From contig JAHDYR010000024.1 of the NCBI GenBank assembly GCA_019828565.1, positions 404,834-468,833 on the forward strand: DNA of 64,000 nt, in the 5' to 3' direction. The notes under the pieces were generated by a model. It saw only the letters and a list, made by a program, of their open reading frames with translations, had not been told where the DNA came from and did no database searches. Positions 1-11,600 of this stretch are shown piece by piece (the stretch's first letter is position 1; each line of letters opens with the position of its first letter). Source of the stretch: Carpediemonas membranifera BICM (Eukaryota; Protista; Fornicata). Made by a program: the position numbers and the translations under genes.

Positions 1-74
1 CCATAGCATTCCCAAGGGCCACACATAAAGACTACTACGACCACTGACCTTAAGAGCTAGAGATTTACAACAGC

Positions 75-1548
<1,474 letters not shown>

Positions 1549-2176
1549 GCTGGAAGTTTTGTCTTTCAAGACAGTGTTCTGAGTCTCAATCCGTCCTCCG
1601 TTGACCGGCGAGGAAGAGATCCTCCAGATTTCTCCAGAGACGAAAAGTATGAGAGGAGTGCCGGAGGAGGTTTTCAGCCATCATCGAGCCGGCCCAAGGC
1701 CTTTTTCCAATTCTCGCAGATTCTTGCCACATGATCTAAGCGATTTGGTAGCAAGGGTGGACAGTTCAAAAAACTAAGTCGACCCCCGATGTCCACAGGT
1801 CCATAGTATGGTCATACTGCCGCAGTTTGCTGACTGGTCTGAAAATGGGCAAATCTTGAGCACCACTTGATTGACACACACATGCAGCATTTGCGTGGGG
1901 AAACCTGCTGTACATCCACTATCGACGTCAGAGAGGCAGCTGGCGGTGGTTATCAGCGTTCACGTCCCTCACGTCATGTGACAAGTCAAGCTGACTCGCT
2001 CGAGCCCAGTCGACCGAGTCATGCGAATTTTTCTGAAATAAGGCAATAGCCCTGAGGCATGAGTGATCCGGAGTCGGCAGCCTGAGTCTGAAGTCCTCTC
2101 CAATCGTTGACTGATTCGAAATTCTAGATCAATAACTTGCGGCGCAGCGAGAAGACTGAAAGAAGATTCGTCCTCG

Positions 2177-2554
2177 ATGTACCGCATGATCCTGGGATCG
2201 AATAACGTGCGCTCCATGGCTCAAATGGAGCTATACCACTCAAGGTCTGACCCCGGGCTCTCCATACCGGAGCATGAGCAAGATATGACTCGCATGGCGA
2301 TATGCAAGCTCTATCGTCGGGGATACAGCCAATCTGATCTGCAGAGGATGTTTAACATGTCTAAGACAGATCTACGCCGTTGTTTGACGAACCCTCCGGC
2401 CATGACGGCCTCAAACTCATCCGGTGGAATATCCCGCGGCACCAGTGCCAGCCAGGTCGGCTATAGGTCGGGTGTTGTGGCGCAGCAGAAGCCGCGAAGT
2501 GGAAATGCGCTGACCAGCACTATTAGGGCGTTCACCCGCGTGATTCGCCGTTGA
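2177..2554 (+). CDS. Small hypothetical protein with a possible helix-turn-helix
   Basis: 125-aa ORF. ICKLYRRGYSQSDLQRMFNMSKTDLRRCL resembles a Hin/resolvase-type HTH pattern. No further support. Confidence 0.4.
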   Translation: MYRMILGSNNVRSMAQMELYHSRSDPGLSIPEHEQDMTRMAICKLYRRGYSQSDLQRMFNMSKTDLRRCLTNPPAMTASNSSGGISRGTSASQVGYRSGVVAQQKPRSGNALTSTIRAFTRVIRR

Positions 2555-3117
2555 TAGGACGGGATGATTTACTAACCCGCGCCTGCCATGCGCCATGGAC
2601 ATAAATATGTGTCGATACAACCACCACACCCGTGGCACAGATGCTGGTATGCATATTTGTGTCTGTTGTTTGTTCTGTGGTGGCGTTGATGTGGGAAAGG
2701 AATGTGTCATCAGCTGCATTGGCACTCAAAATCCACTTTGCAGGTCTGGGACAGTTTGTGGTTTGGTGGACGGAGATGGTTCGATTTGGTTGTTATGGAG
2801 CCGGTAATGTCGCTGAATTCTGTCAGTTCTTGGTAAGCAAGATGCTATTGGCAAATCGTATCGATCAAAGATCCATCAAAAATCAATCAGGTTGACTCAT
2901 TCACCCGAATAACCGCCCGACACACACAGTGTTATGCTACAGAAGTGCCAACCCAAGGCTGTGACTCCAACACTCGGGTCGGCGGGGGCCTGACTGAGAC
3001 CCGCTTACCATGATGGAACAAAGGTTCAATACATGGAGAACAGCCATCAGCCGGACCTGCTTCCAGGGCTAGCGTCCTGGACCCCTCGCAGTTTTGCCCA
3101 CGACGAGAAATTCAACA

Positions 3118-4038
3118 ATGGACATGACCGAATCCATGCTGCCTGACATGGCAGAGTTTGGAGGAACAGGCTTTAACGGGGAATTCGGAGAAACAACACA
3201 GATGTGGAAGACGTGGGAGACGAAAGCCCTTCGCCACGGCGCAAGAGCCACAATATACTCACCAAATGGAAAACAGTACAAAGGTGAATGGAAGGATGGT
3301 AAGAAGCATGGCGTGGGCATCCAAATATACAAGAATGGCGACAAATACGAGGGCGAGTGGGCCGATAACAAGCCCAGCGGCCACGGCATCTACTCCAAGC
3401 CCGCTGGACCACCGGTGGCCGGCAAGAAGCGGCAGTACAGAGTCATATACGACGGTGACTGGCAGAATGGGCGTCGGCATGGCTTCGGGACGCTCAACTA
3501 CCCCGACGGAAGCTGCTACCAGGGGGAGTGGGCGGATGGGCAGCGCGAGGGCTACGGCATCTTCACTGGCGGCATCCCCGCGGAGAAGCAGGGCAAGGTG
3601 CAGCCGTACATGTACCGTGGTGAGTACGTGGACGACCTCAAGTGCGGCAAGGGCGTCGAGATCCTCGCCAACGGCAACGTCTTCGAGGGTGAGTTCGCGG
3701 GTGATGTCCGGGAAGGCCTTGGATGCTTCTACTACATCTCTACCCGCCGCAAGACGGTGGGGCTGTGGGTGGCGAATGCCAACCGCACCGGATCATTCGA
3801 GGACTGGGCCGACGAGGACGACAGCCGCGTCCTAGACCTATGGCTGGACAACAGCGGGCCATGGCCTGGTGTGGCCGAGCACGTGGCGGAGGTTGAGGAC
3901 GGACTCGTCGTTGTGTCGGAGCGGCGGGAGACGGTGGCCATGCCCGAGACGGAGCTCAAGAACCCCGCCCGGGTGGTGATGAACTCGATCCGGGAGTACG
4001 TGGAGGAGTGCGCAGCGAAGGAGACTGCGAATTTCTGA
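3118..4038 (+). CDS. MORN repeat protein (MORN3-like)
   Basis: Repeated Y-x-G-E/D-W-x-x-G-x-x-x-G-x-G motifs. First ATG is at 3118. Confidence 0.9.
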   Translation: MDMTESMLPDMAEFGGTGFNGEFGETTQMWKTWETKALRHGARATIYSPNGKQYKGEWKDGKKHGVGIQIYKNGDKYEGEWADNKPSGHGIYSKPAGPPVAGKKRQYRVIYDGDWQNGRRHGFGTLNYPDGSCYQGEWADGQREGYGIFTGGIPAEKQGKVQPYMYRGEYVDDLKCGKGVEILANGNVFEGEFAGDVREGLGCFYYISTRRKTVGLWVANANRTGSFEDWADEDDSRVLDLWLDNSGPWPGVAEHVAEVEDGLVVVSERRETVAMPETELKNPARVVMNSIREYVEECAAKETANF

Positions 4039-4058
4039 GTGTAAATGGCTTGCTTCAG

Positions 4059-4625
4059 ATGGTCATCGTCAAAGACGACGAGATCGTTGTTTTCCTAGAC
4101 GTTTGTTTACTGCGGATATGCATGCTTACACAGCTATACATCGAGACTGCGAAGATTGGGCGCGTGAAGATCAAGCTCTTTGATGACCTGTCGCCTTCTT
4201 GCTGTGAGAACTTCAGGCAGTTCTGTACGGGCGAATACACGTTCGAGGGGATGCCTATCGGGTACAAGGACACCGTGTTCTTCGGCAGGACTCACCAATA
4301 TCTCCACGGCGGTGATTTCGTGTGTGGCGACGGCACGGGGGCCTTCTCCATCCACGGCGACACCTTCGCCCCCACAGACGTCAACGACGACGCCCTCGTC
4401 TCCCACATGGAGCCCGGGCTTCTCAGCATGGTCAATCACGGCCCCGCCGGTGCAGAGACTCCAACCTTAGGCTGCCAGTTCGTCCTCACCGGCAGGCCTG
4501 CGGGGCATCTGGACGGCCTAGGGTATCTGGCGATTGGGCGGATCGTAGAGGGTCTTCAGTTCGTCGAGCGGGCGTGCACTGCGACCGACGTCACGGTGAG
4601 GGTGGGGCAATGCGGCCAGATGTGA
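4059..4625 (+). CDS. Cyclophilin, PPIH (U4/U6 snRNP CypH)-like, with a degenerate active site; probable 33-nt intron at 4101-4133
   Basis: ENFRQFCTGEY...G.PIGYK...GGDFV.GDGTG..SI matches PPIH. Removing the intron gives VVFLD/LYIETAKIGRVKIKLF. Confidence 0.85.
   Translation: MVIVKDDEIVVFLDVCLLRICMLTQLYIETAKIGRVKIKLFDDLSPSCCENFRQFCTGEYTFEGMPIGYKDTVFFGRTHQYLHGGDFVCGDGTGAFSIHGDTFAPTDVNDDALVSHMEPGLLSMVNHGPAGAETPTLGCQFVLTGRPAGHLDGLGYLAIGRIVEGLQFVERACTATDVTVRVGQCGQM
4101..4133 (+). other. 33-nt intron (in frame, no stop codon)
   Basis: GTTTGT...CTTACACAG matches the local intron consensus, and its removal restores the cyclophilin N-terminal spacing. Confidence 0.75.
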
Positions 4626-4686
4626 GCGGAGAGCCATGGAACCCGACATGGGCGGAGAGACCAACAATCACCAGTGTTTAAACATC

Positions 4687-5232
4687 CTACTTCCCCTGTT
4701 TCTTACCAAAGGGGTTGTCCGCTGACATAAGGCCCTTCTCCACAAACAGATCCCGAAGCTCACCGGCAGTATGCATGGCGGCAATGATGTCTGTGCCGCC
4801 GACGAGCTCCCCGTCGACGTAGAGCTGTGGGATGGTGGGCCACTTGGAGTACCGCTTGATACCCTCCCAGAGAGCAGGGTTCTCGAGTACGTTGTGCCCC
4901 TCGAAGGGGACGTCGTATACTGAGATGAGCTGCGAGGCCATCTTGGAGTAGCCGCACTGTGGGGCCTTGGGTGTTCCCTTCATGAAGAGATTCACACGGT
5001 TGTCCTTCAGACGCTGCTCAATGTCCTCGAACACGGGCTTGAAGTCCTCATCGGTGAGCGTGGACGTCGAGAACTGCGAGTCGAGGCGCTTGAAGGCGGT
5101 AGGAGCGAAAGAGCTGAAAGAAGAAGGCTGGGCTGCGAGTTTGAAGGAAAGAGGGCGTGCCATGCTTGGTACGAGCGACATGCTCTTTGCTACAGAGGAC
5201 ACGGTGCTGGTTTTAAAGAATGAGGCAAGCAT
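4687..5232 (-). CDS. GRX5: Monothiol glutaredoxin Grx5 with an N-terminal organellar presequence
   Basis: LFMKGTP..PQCGYS, WPTIPQLYVDGELVGGTDI. The ~50-aa N-terminal extension is rich in Ser/Lys/Phe and poor in acidic residues. Confidence 0.92.
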   Translation of the reverse strand: MLASFFKTSTVSSVAKSMSLVPSMARPLSFKLAAQPSSFSSFAPTAFKRLDSQFSTSTLTDEDFKPVFEDIEQRLKDNRVNLFMKGTPKAPQCGYSKMASQLISVYDVPFEGHNVLENPALWEGIKRYSKWPTIPQLYVDGELVGGTDIIAAMHTAGELRDLFVEKGLMSADNPFGKKQGK

Positions 5233-5284
5233 CGTGGTTGTTGTTGTCAAGAGGGCACATGAAATGATCACATCAACCGGGCGG

Positions 5285-5571
5285 GGGCCTGATGGGCATG
5301 CAGCCGGGCGAGATGTAGTGTGGGCATCATCCATGGTTCGTCTGGGTCTTCCTTGATGACAGCCTGTGTCGGCGGGCTGAGATGACGGCCGGGTTGTACG
5401 AGGATCGTTGGCGGCGGTAGTGCAGCGCCCGTTATTTGCCCTAGCTATGCAGTTTCGGGCAGTCTACCGGGCAGTTAACCGTTCAGCCTGTCACCCGATG
5501 CGTCGTTCGTGACCAAGCACTTCAGACCCGGGACAAGGCTGGACTAATGCGCATACTGGCTCAGTAAGCCC
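5285..5571 (+). ncRNA. Candidate structured RNA element (~290-nt rod with a branched apex), unclassified
   Basis: Nested helices read by eye: 5293-5297/5559-5563, 5316-5327/5547-5558, 5340-5349/5524-5534, 5352-5355/5514-5517, 5366-5372/5495-5501 and 5373-5380/5483-5490. Many G-U pairs and few A-C mismatches on the + strand. Confidence 0.5.
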
Positions 5572-5665
5572 GAATATATGCTCAAAGAGGCGTTTTAGGC
5601 ATATACATATGATCACATAACAACGTAATTTTCGATCGCTGGTCGCAAATTCCAAGCATCTGCTC

Positions 5666-8600
5666 ATGGAGCAATGCGAACGCGATGCACGTCACGCTCT
5701 AGAGCGTGGGAAGTATATGACCTTCATAGACAAGCTCGTAACCTTATTTGAGATGAAGAAACAGAAGCTTGGCGTGGAGCACCCGGATACGCTGCAATCC
5801 GTCGAATACCTCGTCGAATCGGCTAATACCGCAGCAATGTACTATTTGAACACTGCCAAGCCAGGAGGGAAGGGCAAGCCATCGACCAAGATCAACAACG
5901 CCTTCACGCTGCTGAAAATTGCCGAGGAGCACACAAAGGTCGAGGTGACCAAGGGACCTGATGGCCGCAGCACGTTCCAACGCCGTATCCTCCTCCGTAT
6001 GACGACATATTTGAACCTCTCGCACTACTTCCGGGCGCGAGGGAAGTACAACGCCGCGAAGGATCACGCCCAGCAGGCCCTGCGGATCGAGAAGAAGTAC
6101 AAGGAGTCGTCAGACCCTGGTGCCGCACACCTCAGCCTCGCCGGCATCATGTCCAAGCTGGGCAACCATGACGAGGCGCTGCAACACTCGAGGGCGGCCG
6201 TCCGTATCCTGCTTGAGGTGCAGCAGGACCTGGACTCCGAGCTGACTGCCGGGGCCGTGGACGAGGACGACCTGGCTGAGCGGAGGGCACACCTTGGCCG
6301 CTCCTTGACCACCGCCTACCACAACCTGGCGACGGCCCAGCTGGCCACCAAGACCGGTGACGCCGTTGACTCGCACGAGAGGGCACTTCGGGCGGCAGAG
6401 TTCTATCTAGGGCCAGAGGACCGCATGACCCGGCGTATGAGGGCGGCACTCGAGTCGTCACTGGCAGCGTCGGTCCGGCACGGCGAGAACGTGGTGAACA
6501 CGAAGCTACCGCCCCTCGGAGGGGGGCTGGCAAAGGATGAGCCCACCTTCGTGCTGCCGCCAATCGACCCTGGATTCGTGAAGACGCAGCGGCCGCTCTC
6601 GGCGAATACAGCTGCGATGGGACTGCCGGCCATGAAAGCGGCCAACTCCAAACCGACGCCCGAGATCGCCGACATCACCGACACTGCCGAATGCAGACCC
6701 AGGCGCACACACAAGCGCCGAAAGACACCCGCCCCGAAGTTGAAGCCGTCCCGTCTTACGAGCGACGTCCTCGCCGGCGAGCTCAGCCAGACTTCACGTG
6801 TCCTGCAGGAGGCGGCGGACCTTAACACGACCCGCCCCGCTGATACGCTGGTTGTCGATGATCTCCGCGACGTGCCTGAGCTTGGGCCGCCCGACGGTCC
6901 AGCAGCGCCCATGTCTGCCCTGGCGCGGTCCCGGCGCCTGTCGATCACGGAGATGACAGTCACCGCCAAGCGCCCCACCAAGCCCGCCCGGCCGATGGAG
7001 CTGAGTGCCCGCATGGAGGAGCTCGCCCAGCCCCGGCCAGTGACAGCCCCGTTTCCCCCGAGCACGCCGCTTGCCGTGGAGGCCAGCCCGGCCCGCCGCA
7101 AGAAGATGACGCTGATGTCGCCCGTGAGGATCAGCACACCGCCCCTCCCCAAGAAGATGGTGCCCGGGGCCCTGGCCGACAGCCTCGAGCGGAGTGCCCA
7201 GGCCAGACGGGGCCTGACGTTCGAGAGCTACCCCGTCAAACCGACCGACACTACACGCAAGTCCGCGATCAGACTGGTACTCGCAGCCCGACAGGCCCTC
7301 AACGAGGAGCGGGCCGCAGTGGTCATCCAGGCCGTTGTCCGCGGCTTCCTCGTCCGGGCACGCGTCCGCAGAGAGATTGCCGCGATGCGCTTCAAGATGG
7401 CGAACAACATCCAGCGGGTCTACCGTGGATACATGTGCCGCCGCGAGCTCGTCCCCATGCGCCGTAACGCTGCTGTCCTCACTTCTGGTGTCCGCGGCAT
7501 GCTCCAGCGCAAGGAGAACGAGCGCCGTCTGGCCGGCACCGTGGCGATACAGCGTGTGTTCCGGGGCGCCAAGCAGCGGCGCCGGGCTGCACAGGAGGAG
7601 TACGCGGCCGTCAAGATCCAGCGTGCTGTCCGCGGCATGATCCAGCGCCACAAGCTCCAGAGGGAGATGGGCGCCGCAATGATCCTGCAGACGGCCTGGC
7701 GCGGCTACAAGGAGCGCGTCCTGGCCTACCAGAAGCTCCGTAAGGCCGTCCTCGCCATGCAGGCCTACCACCGTGGCCAGGCCACCCGCATTGAGCTCGA
7801 GGCCAAGAACCTCGCTGCCGCGTACCTGCAGGCTATCATGCGCGGCTGGGTTGCCCGTCAGCGCTATCTCAAGCAGCGTGACGCCGCTATTCTGTTCCAG
7901 CGGATCCACAGAGGCCGCATGCTCAGGAGACGACACGAGTTCACCCTCTATGCTGGCCAGAAGGTCACAGAGGCGATCATGGCCAATTACTATCGCGCCC
8001 ACTACGCCCGCCAGCGCCAGGCGGCCCTGACGCTCCACAGGGTGGCCAGAGGTTTCCTCGACAGATGCTATGTCAAGCGTCGTGTGGTCGCCAGTCGCGT
8101 GATCCAGCGGTCATGGCGCGGGTTTGCAGACCGCATGGAGCTGTCTGGCCAGCACACCGCTGCTGCAGTCGTCCAGGCTACGTGGCGTTCTTACGCTGCT
8201 CGGAAACTCATCCGGGAGATGCACTCGGCTGCCACTCTGATCCAACGGCAGACACGGATCGCACTCGCGCAGAGACGCGTCGCCCGCCGCAACGAGGCCG
8301 CGTTGACCATCCAACGTGTGCTCAGAGGCCACCTCGACCGCAACAAGGTCCGTACTATGCGGACGGCCGGAGCCCTCATGTCCCGCGTGTTCCGTGGCGG
8401 TCTCAGTCGCGGCCAGGTCCGCCGCATGCGGAGGGTCACGACCCTTCTCCAAGCCGCGCACCGAGCCAACAAGAGTCGGGCCGAGCACGAGGAGTGGCGC
8501 CGCCGTGTCGTCATCGCCCAGGCTGCTGCGAGAGGCTTCCAGGCCCGGGAGCGGGCCGAGAAGATGCGCGTGTCAGCCGCGACCATGCAGCGGTTCACCA

Positions 8601-11600
8601 GGGGCATCCTCACCCAGCGTCGACTTGCCGAACAGCACCTGGCCGCTGCCAAGATCCAGGCAGCCTACCACGGGAGCGTCTATCGGCAGACCCTCGCTAC
8701 CCAGACGGACGCAGCAACGAAGATCGCCGCCGCACACCGCGCTGCGCAGTCCCGTAAGGCGCTGCTGGCGATGCAGGAGAACGCGCTGCTTATCCAGTCG
8801 GCCGTCCGGGGATTCTTGACTAAGACTGAGCTCACTGCCCAGCACGACGCCGCCCGCACCATCCAGGCGGCGTACCGCGTGCACCAGACTCGTGTTGCGA
8901 ATGCCGAGAGGAGGGCTGCGGCGACTAAGATCGAAGCACTCTACAGGAGCCGGCGGGACCAGGAGCAGTTCAAGGCCCAGGCCGCCACTGCGACCAAGAT
9001 GCAGGCCCTTGTCCGTGGCTTCCTCGCCCAAGCCATGGTGCGTCGGATGAACAGCGCTGCTACTGTCATCCAGAAGGCCTACAGACGCTACGCCGCCCAG
9101 TCGTCCTTCCTCGAGCAGAAGGAGGCCGCCCGCACGCTACAGCGGCTGTACAGGAGACAGAAGGCCGAGGCCGTGTTCGCCGAGAAGCGCAACGCCGCGC
9201 TCCTGCTCCAGCGTGCCATCAGGGGCTACCAGACAACCCAGGAGAGCCAGCGCCGCACCGCCGCGGCGACTGTCATCCAGACCGCAGCCCGGGCCCGCCT
9301 TGCCAGAGACCGCGCCCATGCGGTCAGGGCGGCGGGACTGGTCCTCACGGCAGCGGGCCGCAGTTTCATGGAACGGAAGAGGCAGGCCCAGATCCACGGG
9401 GCCGCCGCGACCATCCAGGCGGCGTGGCGGGCGCACTCCCAGCGGGGCGAGTACCTCCGTCTCCGGGAGAGCGCGCTCGTCCTGCACGCCGCAGCCCGCA
9501 CTTTCCTGTTCAAACTCGAGCTGGCCAGAGAGTCTGCCGCCGCTGCCGTTATCCAGACAGCTTTCAGGGCCCATGCCTGCCGCAAGCAGGCCGCCGCAGA
9601 GACAGCCGGTGTTCTCCGCATCCAGACGCTCGTCCGTTCCCAGAAAGACAGGCTTCAGTACGCCAAGCAGCAGCGGGCCGCCCTTACTATCCAGAGGGCC
9701 ATACGCCGCTACCAGACGGAGCAGGGCGTGGCCGCCATCGAGGAGGCCGCCACCGTCATCCAGACGGCCGTCAGAGCATGGCAGGCCCGGCGTCAGGTGG
9801 CAAGCCTGCGGTACGTGGCCGCCGTCATCACCACGGCAGCACACGGGCACGCCGACCGACTCTACGTCGACCGCCGCAACAAGGCAGCGACGCTTATCCA
9901 GTCGCTGTGGCGCGGACACCACGCCCGTGTGGAGTTCGCCGAGGCCAAGCAGGCTGCCCTCACAGTCCACGGCGCCGGTCGGATCCTACAGACCCGCGTT
10001 GCCCTCGACAAGGAGCGCAAGGCCGCCACTGCCATCCAGGCCCTGTACCGCGGCTACACTGTCCGGAAGTCGATCGCACTGCAGCAGACGGCGGCGCTCA
10101 CTCTTCAGAAAAGCTACCGTCGCCGCCTTGTGATGAAGCAGGCGATCGCTATGGACGACGCGGCTGTACTCCTGCAGGCGCTCTTCCTCAAGAAGATTGC
10201 CCAGAAGGACATGGCCGCCATGCACGGCCACATCCTCACCATCCAGCGCGTGTTCAGAGGCCACATGGCCAGGCAGCAGCTCAGGCGCATGGGAGAAGCC
10301 GCTACTACCGTCCAGACGGCCTGGCGGTGCTACAGTGCACGCACGAAGCTCGCCACGGCCAAGAGGGCTGTACTCCACATGCAGGCCGCCCAACGCGCCC
10401 ATGGAGACCGGGCCGAGTTCCAGGCGAAGTCCCATGCTGCTAGCGTCATCCAGGCGTGGGCCCGCGGCACCCAGACCCGCCGCACTCTTGCTGCCAAGCA
10501 CGCCGCGGCCATGACGGTGCAGGTGTGGTATCGCAACACCGTCAGTCGGAGAGAGGCTGGGTCCAGGGACGGGGCAGCGCTCGTCATTCAGAGGAGCTGG
10601 CGCACGCACGTTGAGGCAGACCGCTATCGGACCCTCGCCAAGGCGTCTGTGGTGCTCCAGGCAAACTACCGCGGACACCTCGCCCGGCGCCGTCTGGCTG
10701 CCCTCAGGGACATCGTCCAGCTCGTCGCAGTCCGCCATATTGAGTACCGCGGTAGACTGGCAGCGGCAGAGCAGGAGGCCGCGGCGACGTGCATCCAGCG
10801 TGCCTACCGCGCCCACACCGCCCGGGTGCAGTACGCCAAGACCGTGCGCGCCGCATTGCTGCTCAAGACGTATGTTCGCCGTTGGAAGCACGCCAAGGAG
10901 TTCACCGCCCAACGGGAGGCGGCGACCACGATCCAGCGCGTCTATCGCGCCCAGCAGGCCGGCCGCGAGCAGTCCATGTCGCTTTATACTGCCACACTCG
11001 TCCAGAAGTGGGTCAGGCAGTGCCGCGCCGCAGCACTCGTCACCCGCCGCAACAAGGCCGCGACCGTCATCCAGAGCCGCTGGCGCCGCGTCCTCGCCCA
11101 GCGTGCGGCTCAGAAGAGGGTCGAATCGATCGTGTTCCTGCAGGCCCACTGGCGCGGTGTTCTCGAGTTCAGACGCTGGGTCGTCGCTATGGAGCCGACA
11201 CGCGCCGCCCAGACGGTCATCCGGCACTGCATTCACGACGCCATCTACTACCGGGACGACAAGAACAAGCCCGCGACCGAGATCCAGCGCATAGTCAGAG
11301 GCTTCCTTGCACGCCGCAGGGTACAGAGCATCCGAAAGCAGCGGCACGAGGCCGAGGTCCGCGGCATCGTCGGCGCCATGTTCACGAGCTGCTTCACACG
11401 CGCCTTCGTTCAGTGCGAGCCCGATGCGGCCGCTGCCATCATCCACAACGGCATGGTCGGCATGAGAGACCGCCGCCGCGTCCGTGAGATGCGTCGGGCC
11501 ATTAGAAGGGCGGAGGGCGAGCCCATTGCACGCCAGCTGGTCGAGCGCATGCTCAACGAAGTGGCGTACGCGACGTACATCGAGGACGACACCTGCCGCA

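Noticed and set aside
5333-5341. ATG immediately followed by GTTCGT, which looks like a start-adjacent or trans-spliced intron donor
   Set aside because: No acceptor with the local xTxACNYAG consensus was found before the IQ gene, and the site is buried in the intramolecular rod. A trans partner cannot be tested here.
5285-5571. Firm annotation as SRP RNA, RNase P/MRP or U3
   Set aside because: The diagnostic helix-8, P4 and terminal box D motifs are not visible, so it was kept as unclassified.
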